A DNA stretch of 29,157 nt from positions 13,541 to 42,697 of the forward strand of contig JAVYME010000001.1 of assembly GCA_038736825.1 (NCBI GenBank), read 5' to 3'. Below are positions 22,068 through 29,157 of this stretch, in pieces. Source of the stretch: Candidatus Iainarchaeum sp. Lineage in GTDB: Archaea > Iainarchaeota > Iainarchaeia > Iainarchaeales > DTGL01. The translations under genes and the position numbers were made by a program. The stretch's first letter is position 1, and every line of letters starts with the position of its first letter. The notes beneath the pieces are model-generated. The model worked only from the letters and a program-made list of their open reading frames with translations. It did no database searches and was not told where the DNA came from.

Positions 22068-22131
22068 ACTCAGAAAAGATTATTAACTTTGAGCGCGAAA
22101 ATTATGACAGCATAAAGCTGGGCTTGCAGCT
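22068..22131 (+). promoter_or_regulatory. Intergenic region, possible promoter or leader of the 22146 gene.
   Basis: Contains AT-rich tracts (aaaagattattaac ~22073..22086; gaaaattatgac ~22097..22108) between the hairpin and the SD-like site. Confidence 0.25.
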
Positions 22132-22135
22132 GGAG
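22132..22135 (+). promoter_or_regulatory. Shine-Dalgarno-like GGAG for ATG 22146.
   Basis: GGAGATAGTGA with a 10-nt spacer from GGAG to the ATG. A weak 5-bp hairpin (AGCTG 22116..22120 / CAGCT 22127..22131) lies immediately upstream. Confidence 0.45.
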
Positions 22136-22145
22136 ATAGTGAAAA

Positions 22146-25100
22146 ATGCCATTAAAGGAAAACATTGAAGACTTGGGTTTTACAATAAGCGAGGGATATG
22201 CAAGCTTAAAGGAAAAAACACGGATTCCACCAATCGCAATAATTGCAGTTTTAGTGATTGCAATTGCAGCCTTTTTTTATTTTTCCCAGCAACCAAAACC
22301 GCCAATAACAACACCAACTGTTGCAACAGTGGGTGCAACCTTTATTTTCAGGGACAATTTTGAAAACCCAATCAACAATCTTTCAGTCACAATAACAGTG
22401 GACAAAAACTCTATGTCGAGAAAAACAGCTGATGGCGGCAAAATAGCCCTTGAAGTGCCAGAAGAAGCCAAAATAAAAATCAGCGTTAACGATCCAGACT
22501 ATGAGGCTTTTGAAAAAACATATTCGGCTGGAAAAAAAGGCTTAAAAGAAATAATAACACTAAAACTCCTCAAAATCCCGCCAGAAAAAAGAGTGCTTCG
22601 CTTTGAAGACGAAAAAGGCCTGATAAAAGGCAAAAAAATCACAGCAATAATAGAATGCAAGGACGGAAGAAGCTTTACAGCAACAGACGAAGACATGGAC
22701 GGCATAATAGAAGTGGAATTGCCGCAAAACTGCAAGGAAATAAAAGTGAGAGCGGAAGTGCCAGGCTATGAAGCCCTGGACACTGGCAGTTTCAGTGGAA
22801 GCGGAACACAAACCATTACCTTGAAAAAAATTGAACGCCCAAAGGGCTCTGCAACCATTAATGTTGTAAAAGAGGACGGAAAACCGCTCACAGGAGTGGA
22901 TTTCACCATAGTGCTTGAAAAGGAAGGCGAAAAAATTCCAGCTTCAAGCCAAGGCTATGCAAGCGTTCACTTTCCAGATCTTTTGACTGGCACATATGAT
23001 GGCACATTCATTGAAAGCACTGGCGAATTCGTTCCAGTAAACCCGGCAGAATTGCACGGCATTGTAATCCAAAAAGGCATGTCAACCGAAAAAACAATAA
23101 AGGTTTCAAGAACAGTAAAGGGCACAATCACTGTTTCAGTAAAAGACAAGGAAACAAGCCAAGCAATAGCCAACGCCAAAGTAATCCTTTCAACTCAATC
23201 CGGAAAACTTTTGGATGAAAAAAACACTGGGGAAAACGCTGAAAAAGTGGTTTTCAGGCTTTACGAAAAAGGCAGTTATTCCATTACTGCAAAAAAAGAA
23301 GGCAAAGTTAATGAAGGCTATTTTCCAGCAACCATTGACGTGAACGACCTCAACACGGAAATAACAATAGAACTGCAAATGATAAAACCAGAGCTTTTGG
23401 GAAAAGCCATAGTGAAAGTGAAAGACGAAGACGGCTTGCCAGTAATGGATGCAAAAGCAATGTTTCGCTATAAAACCACTGGCGCAATAGTTCCCTTGAA
23501 TGGAGAAAAAGACTATGTTTTAACAAACTCTGAAGGAATAGCAGAATTCCAGCTAGGGCCAATTGAAAAAGAAATATACGCTTATGCGCTCAAATACCCT
23601 GCAGAGGGCGGCAAGCCTGAAAACGCGAAAAAAATCGATCCATTGAAACTCAACGAGTTTGAAGTGAAAATCTCCATAGGCAACAGCACTCTTTCAATAA
23701 AAACCCTTGACACCAGCGGAACACTTTTAACTGAAACCTTTTTTGAAGCCTTTGACCAGTCAAATGTTTCAGTAACCCAAGGAAAAGTGCCAGTCCCGCA
23801 AGGAGAACTCGAATATTCAATAAAAGCGGACAAAAAAATCTATCTTGTTTTTTCAAAAAACGGGTACATGGATTTCCAAACAGAATTGTTCCAGTTATGG
23901 CCTGGGGAAAAATTCCCAATCACTGCAATAATGCGAAAGCCTGGCGAAATATTGCAGCCTGAAATTTCCTTTACTGGGGCTTTTGAAAACGGAGTGAAGG
24001 CTGAAAGCCTGAAAGCCGGCAAAACCTATGAAATGAAATTCATGCTCTCCTTTCCAAACAATACAGAGCTTTCAAGCGCTGGCTTTCACTTTAGGGCTGG
24101 AGAAAAGCAAACCCTGAAAGAAGAACAAATATACATTTCCACAGTGAACGCTCCAAATGCAAGCTCGATAAAAAAAGGCGCAACCTATAAACCGCCAAAA
24201 AACGAGGCATTTGAAGAGCCTGCAATGGATTCAGCAAAATGGGCGAGCATTGAATGGGTAAAACCTGCAAGCGGGGTATACAATGTTTCAATAGAAGTGC
24301 GCATAAAAGAAGCAACATACCCTAATTCAAAACTGCCAGTGTACTATCGCGCTTGGAGCGTAAAAGACACCAATTTTGCTCGCACTCCACAAGATGCAGT
24401 GCTTGGCGGCAATGCTGTTTCCCCTTCAAAAGACGGATTGTATGCTGAAACCTTTTCACAGGTTTTCTTTGAAGGCTCAAAACCGTTTTGCGACAAGCCG
24501 TTCTGCATAATGGGAGAATGGCTTTACGACAAGCAAGAGGATATTTTCAAGCCAAAACCCTATTCCATGCTGGTTTTAGGCGATTACAATTACATTTTCA
24601 CCCTTGTCAACAACTCCAAGGAAACCTATAATGAAACAAGATTGCTGTTGAAAAACGAAATGGCAGGCGAAGAAAAACAGGACTTGATGGTAAAATCCTT
24701 CATTTTTTATAATGCTGACAAGGCTTTTTCTTCACAAAACGTGAATGATTTCTCTTTTTCACTGTCATCCCTAGGCAATTTCACATACTCTAAAGACATA
24801 AACTTGAACCTTTCCCTTTTCCCGAAAAACACTGCAGACACACAGTTTTTAGTGCAATTGGTTGGCGACAAACAAGTTGTTTTTGAGGAAAAAATAGGCT
24901 TTAGAATTACAGCAAAAAGCGAACTATTGCTGGAGGCAACCCCTTCAAGCATTGTGCCCTTTGAAGAAACAATCCTTAAAATAAAAGCCAAATCCAAGGA
25001 CAACGGAACAAACATAAAAGGAGTGCTTGTCAAGGCAACACGTGAAACCCCAGACGGACTCTTCCAGGTTTTCGCCAAAACAACAGACAATTCAGGAGAA

Positions 25101-28100
25101 GCAACATTCCAAATTCCAGCCTCAACACCACTCACAAAAATAAAAATTGAAGCTGAAAAAACAGGGTTTGCCCCGAAAAAAATGGAAATAATTGTGGGAA
25201 AGGAAACAATTGACTTCAAGCCAAAAACGCTTTCATCCTCACTTCAAACCACAGGCAAAACAGAGGAAACACTGCCCATAACCTTTTCCAACAGCACTGG
25301 CACAGAATTCGCATTAAAAAAAGCAACCCTTAAAGGCAATTTCAAGGGAATCCTCAACGAACAAGCAATAGCCACCTATCTCGCATCCTGGACAAACACA
25401 AAAATTTCAGCAAAAACCAATCAAGAAATTCCATTGCTTAAAACAGTGCTCTCCTCAAACGCTGAAGACTACATGAAAGGCACTGAAACCCTCAAAGGAG
25501 AACTCGAAATAATAGTGTGGGCGCCAAAATTCCTTGCAGAATACTTGATTTCAATTCCCTTAACAGTAAGCGTTTCAATGGGCGGCCTTCCTGATAATTC
25601 GCCATGCGTCAACATAGAAGGCATTGACGTGCCCAACTGGCAGGCAACAACCGCAAACAATCGCGCTTCAACAGAATTCGACATTTACAATGTGTGCTCC
25701 AAAAACGGGCAAAAAATAAACGTAAAAAACCTGCAGGCAATGCTTGAATGGGAAAGCGATTCCAAAAAAGCAGGCACAATAGAACTCACAATTTTCAATG
25801 CAGACGGCGCTTCAGTCACAGAAGTGCTAAAAGCAGGGGAATGGATTACTTTTTGGCCGGAAATGGGAAAAGACATTTTCGGTTCATTCCATGCAATCCT
25901 CACCTTTACGCCAAAAACAGGCTATCTCAATGAAACAGCAAAATTCAAGGTATTTTTTGACGCGGAAACAATGACAGACAATGGCTTGCAAAAAGTAAAC
26001 AATGGAAAAGTGAAAATCAGTGCAAGCATTCTCTCACTCAACCTGGATGACTGCATTTCAATGCCTGGCGCTGGAGAAAAAGTGGTTCTTGGCGCAGACA
26101 AGGATGAAACAACATTTGAATTGGATGCAACAAACTGCAAGGCAGATGTAACAGTAAGGCTTTGCCCTGGAGACCCTAAATGCAAGGGCGGCACTCAAGA
26201 AGGCGGCATAAGAGTCACACCAATGGAATTCACTCTCACAAAAACAAGCCCAAAGCAAAAAATCACAGTTTACAGAGAACAAATCCCAGGCTTGTACGGA
26301 ATTCCAGTTCAAGCAAGGCTTTCAAGCACTTCCTTCCGCACAGTGCGCACAATCGATTTATTGGTTGAACCAGAAAAAAGCGAATGGTTTGCATTAAACA
26401 GGTATGAAGCATTGCTCAGCAAGGAAACCGACTGGAAAGACACAATAGAACTGAAAAACAGTGCGCCAATGGATTTAGTGGAAATCACTGCAAAATTTTG
26501 CGATAAATGCAAGGACCCACAAAACCCTCCAAAAGAATGCGTTTGGAACTATGTTTTGAAAAAAAAGCCAGAGCAAAGGCCAGAGCGGTGGGCTGAAGCA
26601 CTAACCTGGGGGCTAACAACTGCAGTATCCTGCTGGTGCCTGTTAAACCTTGGAACCTGTGTTGAATCAGGTGGCGCCATTATCAGCAAAATACTGCCTT
26701 TTGAAGCAGAAGAGGATTATGGTCAGCCAATAGCATATTTCAGCCAAAAACCAACACCTGAAACAAACAAAAAAGAGATTACAGCCAATTTCCTCTTTCC
26801 TGGGCCATGGGATGCAATAATATGCGGGGGAGTTGGCATTGTTGTTGGAGTTTTTACTTTCTTGGGAGGCCCAGAATGCAATGAAAAAAAGGATGTTACA
26901 GAAATATTGCGCGATTATATAGTGAAGGTTGGAAATGATCCGAACAGAAAGCTTTCACTTGAAAGCAATCTCTTCAATGCAGTTTGGCATGACACAAACA
27001 GCAATTGGGAAACAGCAGGAATAGAAAAAGTCCCAATAACAATTGTCAACACTTCAAAGACAGCCAAGACAAGCCCGACATACGATGTTTTGTCTGTAAG
27101 CGCAACAGAGCACATTCACAACGATCCAACCCATAAAAAGCCGAAAATGATAATGGAAACACCAAACTTTTCAGACTTAAACATACCTGACACTGAAACA
27201 AGAAAGTATGAACAAAAGTTCCACATGAAATTCACTACAAAAGAAATGATTGACTTTGAGTTGCCTCCACTTGAAGACTTTTACTCTTGTGTTGATGGCT
27301 CCAAGATTGGGATTACTGGCAAGGATGCAAGACCAAAAATAAAATTCAACTGGGACTGGAAGGAAAACAGCGGGATTTCCGCAACAGATTGTGATGCAAC
27401 AAACAAGGACGGCATTTATTGTGATGCAACACAGCTTTCAATTGCAGTAAGCAAGAGAATCCACAAAATAGAGGAATTCCTTGCAGCAAACGGCAACAGC
27501 CTCAAATGCCCAAACAATCCTCAAACCTCTTATTCCAGTGCAGTATTGGAAAAAATAAACAAAGAACAAAGCATGCATGAAGTCGTAAACGGCAAAATTG
27601 GAATGAAAAGCATTTCAGCCACAGCAAACAGTGATTCTGGAACCGTTGCAATATCAGCAATAATAGAAAACAAGAGCTCTAACAGCGCCACTGCAAAAAT
27701 AATAATGGGATTGAGTGGTCCAAACAATTATTTCAATCACTGCCAGCTGGAAGTCACTGTTCCAGCCAATGGCACTACTCCTGCAAAGTGCGATTTCACT
27801 GGCCTTGAAAAGAACAACTTCACTCCATACATTTCAACTGCATACATTGCAGAAAGCAGTGCTTCAGAAATAGATGACACTGAAGTCAAAACCGGCTTTT
27901 TCCTTTCAAACCCATTGCAAGCTACAGAATGCTGGCTCCCATTTTCAACTCAAAAATTCCAAGGTTATCCTGTCATTGAATACTTTTTCAATAAAAGCAT
28001 TCCCAACTGGGAACAATACTTGCAGCAACAGTCTGTGAACTGGCCTGCTGGCTGGCCTGGTGCAACCGAACAGGAAAAAATCGCTTATTTGCGTTCTTTG

Positions 28101-29157
28101 TTTGAGTTCAAGGCAAACCTGATAAAGGATGGTTATGGTGCTGATTTCCAGTCAGACTTTGCCGCATATTATTCTGGTTCCACTTTCTTTGATGTGCCTT
28201 CATGGTTTTATTCTGGTTCAAGCAACCAGTTGTCAGATTATTTCAGGGACCCAGAGAGATTGAAATTCAAGCAAAAATATTCAAGTGAGGCAATACTGCC
28301 CGGGCCTGGAACTTACGAAGTTTACATTGTAATTGATTTTGGCGCTGGCAATTGGAGTTTGTACAAGGATGGAAAACCCAAGGGCAAAATCACTGTTGAA
28401 TTTTACAAGGCAAGCGATCCAATAGTGAATTCTGCCTTTTATTATTTGCCTTTTAACGGGCAAGTGGGATTGCAAACCCAAAACGGAAGGCAGGATTATG
28501 GCTTGAATTATTCAAACCAAAACGAGGAAATTCCAATAAAGGGCGCTCCCTATGATGTGCGCACTGTGCCTTCAAGTGCTTCAAAGGCTTTAATGACACT
28601 GCAAACAAAAAAACAGCAAGACTTAAAGCAGTTGAACAGTTCGCCTTCCACTAGAGGCAACCTGCTGGCAATAGAAATCCAGGGCTCTAATCCATTGCTT
28701 TCCTTTTCTCCAAGTTATGCCACTCCGGTTATATTAAAGGCGTCAGGTGAAAAGGGCAAGCCTTTTACCTCACAATTCACTTTGATTGAAAACGGGCAGC
28801 CAGTCATTGCAGGCAACAATCTTTCTTTTTGGACTGGGCTTGGAAAATGCGCTGACTTTTCAGGAGTGCCAATTAGAGAGGCATTTGATGCCTTCCCGGA
28901 CTCGCGTTCTACGGAAAAATCTTACAAGATTTCATGGGATTCAATTGCTTATGGCGGAAACCTCTATCTTTACTCTGTTTTTTACACTCCGCTTGCAGGC
29001 GCTTATTCGATAACCGCTGATTCCCCAAATTCCTATTTCATGTCACCGGATTCAGGAGAGGCGAAAACAATCGAGGTTTCTGGAATAAATGGAATGAAAA
29101 ACAATTCTCGCTCTGGAAATGACCCTGTTGCCTCAATTGAAAGAATCCTTGAAATGG
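22146..29157 (+). CDS. Giant membrane-anchored surface protein, paralog, 3'-truncated by the window end (at least 2,337 codons; an estimated 40-60 codons are missing).
   Basis: Not in the supplied ORF track, presumably because it has no stop in the window. I translated the frame by hand from ATG 22146 (in-frame TGA at 22140..22142 just upstream; GGAG 22132..22135) to 29156 and found no stop codon. The product is collinear with the two upstream giants. The final residues (...V-A-S-I-E-R-I-L-E-M) align with I-E-S-I-E-K-V-F-E-L-V, about 50 aa before the C-terminus of the 13202..22027 product. Confidence 0.88.
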   Translation, partial: MPLKENIEDLGFTISEGYASLKEKTRIPPIAIIAVLVIAIAAFFYFSQQPKPPITTPTVATVGATFIFRDNFENPINNLSVTITVDKNSMSRKTADGGKIALEVPEEAKIKISVNDPDYEAFEKTYSAGKKGLKEIITLKLLKIPPEKRVLRFEDEKGLIKGKKITAIIECKDGRSFTATDEDMDGIIEVELPQNCKEIKVRAEVPGYEALDTGSFSGSGTQTITLKKIERPKGSATINVVKEDGKPLTGVDFTIVLEKEGEKIPASSQGYASVHFPDLLTGTYDGTFIESTGEFVPVNPAELHGIVIQKGMSTEKTIKVSRTVKGTITVSVKDKETSQAIANAKVILSTQSGKLLDEKNTGENAEKVVFRLYEKGSYSITAKKEGKVNEGYFPATIDVNDLNTEITIELQMIKPELLGKAIVKVKDEDGLPVMDAKAMFRYKTTGAIVPLNGEKDYVLTNSEGIAEFQLGPIEKEIYAYALKYPAEGGKPENAKKIDPLKLNEFEVKISIGNSTLSIKTLDTSGTLLTETFFEAFDQSNVSVTQGKVPVPQGELEYSIKADKKIYLVFSKNGYMDFQTELFQLWPGEKFPITAIMRKPGEILQPEISFTGAFENGVKAESLKAGKTYEMKFMLSFPNNTELSSAGFHFRAGEKQTLKEEQIYISTVNAPNASSIKKGATYKPPKNEAFEEPAMDSAKWASIEWVKPASGVYNVSIEVRIKEATYPNSKLPVYYRAWSVKDTNFARTPQDAVLGGNAVSPSKDGLYAETFSQVFFEGSKPFCDKPFCIMGEWLYDKQEDIFKPKPYSMLVLGDYNYIFTLVNNSKETYNETRLLLKNEMAGEEKQDLMVKSFIFYNADKAFSSQNVNDFSFSLSSLGNFTYSKDINLNLSLFPKNTADTQFLVQLVGDKQVVFEEKIGFRITAKSELLLEATPSSIVPFEETILKIKAKSKDNGTNIKGVLVKATRETPDGLFQVFAKTTDNSGEATFQIPASTPLTKIKIEAEKTGFAPKKMEIIVGKETIDFKPKTLSSSLQTTGKTEETLPITFSNSTGTEFALKKATLKGNFKGILNEQAIATYLASWTNTKISAKTNQEIPLLKTVLSSNAEDYMKGTETLKGELEIIVWAPKFLAEYLISIPLTVSVSMGGLPDNSPCVNIEGIDVPNWQATTANNRASTEFDIYNVCSKNGQKINVKNLQAMLEWESDSKKAGTIELTIFNADGASVTEVLKAGEWITFWPEMGKDIFGSFHAILTFTPKTGYLNETAKFKVFFDAETMTDNGLQKVNNGKVKISASILSLNLDDCISMPGAGEKVVLGADKDETTFELDATNCKADVTVRLCPGDPKCKGGTQEGGIRVTPMEFTLTKTSPKQKITVYREQIPGLYGIPVQARLSSTSFRTVRTIDLLVEPEKSEWFALNRYEALLSKETDWKDTIELKNSAPMDLVEITAKFCDKCKDPQNPPKECVWNYVLKKKPEQRPERWAEALTWGLTTAVSCWCLLNLGTCVESGGAIISKILPFEAEEDYGQPIAYFSQKPTPETNKKEITANFLFPGPWDAIICGGVGIVVGVFTFLGGPECNEKKDVTEILRDYIVKVGNDPNRKLSLESNLFNAVWHDTNSNWETAGIEKVPITIVNTSKTAKTSPTYDVLSVSATEHIHNDPTHKKPKMIMETPNFSDLNIPDTETRKYEQKFHMKFTTKEMIDFELPPLEDFYSCVDGSKIGITGKDARPKIKFNWDWKENSGISATDCDATNKDGIYCDATQLSIAVSKRIHKIEEFLAANGNSLKCPNNPQTSYSSAVLEKINKEQSMHEVVNGKIGMKSISATANSDSGTVAISAIIENKSSNSATAKIIMGLSGPNNYFNHCQLEVTVPANGTTPAKCDFTGLEKNNFTPYISTAYIAESSASEIDDTEVKTGFFLSNPLQATECWLPFSTQKFQGYPVIEYFFNKSIPNWEQYLQQQSVNWPAGWPGATEQEKIAYLRSLFEFKANLIKDGYGADFQSDFAAYYSGSTFFDVPSWFYSGSSNQLSDYFRDPERLKFKQKYSSEAILPGPGTYEVYIVIDFGAGNWSLYKDGKPKGKITVEFYKASDPIVNSAFYYLPFNGQVGLQTQNGRQDYGLNYSNQNEEIPIKGAPYDVRTVPSSASKALMTLQTKKQQDLKQLNSSPSTRGNLLAIEIQGSNPLLSFSPSYATPVILKASGEKGKPFTSQFTLIENGQPVIAGNNLSFWTGLGKCADFSGVPIREAFDAFPDSRSTEKSYKISWDSIAYGGNLYLYSVFYTPLAGAYSITADSPNSYFMSPDSGEAKTIEVSGINGMKNNSRSGNDPVASIERILEM
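22230..22283 (+). other. N-terminal TM anchor of the 22146 giant.
   Basis: P-I-A-I-I-A-V-L-V-I-A-I-A-A-F-F-Y-F follows a ~27-aa charged tail ending T-R-I-P. Confidence 0.75.
22326..23933 (+). repeat. Six tandem beta-sandwich repeats (carboxypeptidase-regulatory-like) at protein level.
   Basis: Examples are GKAIVKVKDEDGLPVMDAKAMFRYK...LTNSEGIAEFQLGP and KGTITVSVKDKETSQAIANAKVILS... Confidence 0.6.
24081..24542 (+). other. Conserved ~155-aa domain of unknown function (copy in the 22146 giant).
   Basis: G-F-H-F-R-A-G ... K-W-A-S-I-E-W ... Y-Y-R-A-W-S ... T-P-Q-D-A-V-L-G ... G-L-Y-A-E-T-F ... C-D-K-P-F-C. Confidence 0.7.
26589..26663 (+). other. Hydrophobic segment H1 in the 22146 giant, at a position equivalent to 17537..17609.
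   Basis: W-A-E-A-L-T-W-G-L-T-T-A-V-S-C-W-C-L-L-N-L-G-T-C-V. Confidence 0.55.
26805..26873 (+). other. Hydrophobic TM-like segment H2 in the 22146 giant.
   Basis: P-W-D-A-I-I-C-G-G-V-G-I-V-V-G-V-F-T-F-L-G-G-P, which lies ~45 aa after H1. Confidence 0.65.
27336..29157 (+). other. Conserved C-terminal module (copy in the 22146 giant, truncated by the window).
   Basis: K-I-K-F-N-W-D-W (27336), C-D-A-T-Q-L-S (27420), F-K-A-N-L-I-K-D-G-Y-G-A-D-F, A-F-Y-Y-L-P-F-N-G (28434..28460), and N-G-R-Q-D-Y-G-L-N-Y. Confidence 0.7.

Noticed and set aside
235-28481. All minus-strand ORFs in the track, including long ones: 8030..8992 (320 aa), 5432..6166 (244 aa), 16285..16914 (209 aa), 6109..6702 (197 aa), 315..863, 17744..18259 and 24707..25219.
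   Set aside because: Each lies entirely antisense to a giant + strand ORF with clear protein-like, paralog-supported translation. The sense strand is T-poor, so the antisense strand has few stop codons and long shadow ORFs are expected. Their translations are Ser/Phe/Leu/Ile/Cys-rich low-complexity strings typical of antisense K/E/T/N-rich coding sequence.
1-29157. A diversity-generating retroelement, CRISPR array, IS or transposon ends, integrase, tRNA/rRNA, or toxin-antitoxin pairs.
   Set aside because: I found no reverse-transcriptase-like ORF, no template/variable repeat pair, no regularly spaced direct repeats, no terminal inverted repeats and no RNA-gene-like non-coding stretch. Only ~400 nt in total are non-coding. 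A computational self-dot-plot would be needed to exclude short diverged nucleotide repeats.

Overview
The window is about 98.6% coding, and every credible gene is on the + strand. There are five consecutive ORFs. (1) 1..3558 is the C-terminal 1,185 codons of a giant protein whose start lies upstream of the window. (2) 3578..5275 is a 565-aa membrane-anchored protein with a type IV pilin-like (class III signal) N-terminus. (3-5) are three giant ORFs of 2,553 aa (5448..13109), 2,941 aa (13202..22027) and at least 2,337 aa (22146..29157). The last is open to the window end and is missing from the supplied ORF track; I translated it by hand and found no stop. Genes 1, 3, 4 and 5 are divergent tandem paralogs with one collinear architecture: a short charged N-tail and one TM helix, six carboxypeptidase-regulatory-like beta-sandwich repeats, a conserved ~155-aa domain with an R-A-W-G motif, Cys-bracketed Ig-like domains, and a ~600-690-aa C-terminal module (K-F-N-W, C-D-A-x-Q-F-S, P-F-N-G, N-G-R-Q-x-Y-G). 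I could not place the non-repeat domains in a named family. On this scaffold sit lineage-specific inserts. Gene 4 carries a ~610-aa array of about nine 6-Cys modules between two Gly-rich hydrophobic segments. Gene 5 has only ~45 aa between the equivalent segments. Gene 3 has a Q/Y/P/W/T low-complexity linker. Gene 1 has a ~670-aa C-terminal extension with hydrophobic bundles, a helical Ala/Arg/Asp/Ser-rich region and a Cys-containing end domain. Intergenic gaps are short (19, 172, 92 and 118 nt) and AT-rich, with GGTGA/GGAG Shine-Dalgarno-like sites 7-10 nt before the best starts. One nested hairpin follows gene 4. I saw no rRNA, tRNA, CRISPR array, transposase or reverse transcriptase. All minus-strand ORFs in the track look like antisense shadows of an A-rich, T-poor sense strand. 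By composition and gene style the source is probably an uncultivated small-genome archaeon (DPANN-like) or a CPR-type bacterium; this is inference only. The locus looks like a dedicated, uncharacterised cell-surface or cell-contact apparatus. No database search or structure prediction was possible, so all family statements need HHpred/Foldseek confirmation.
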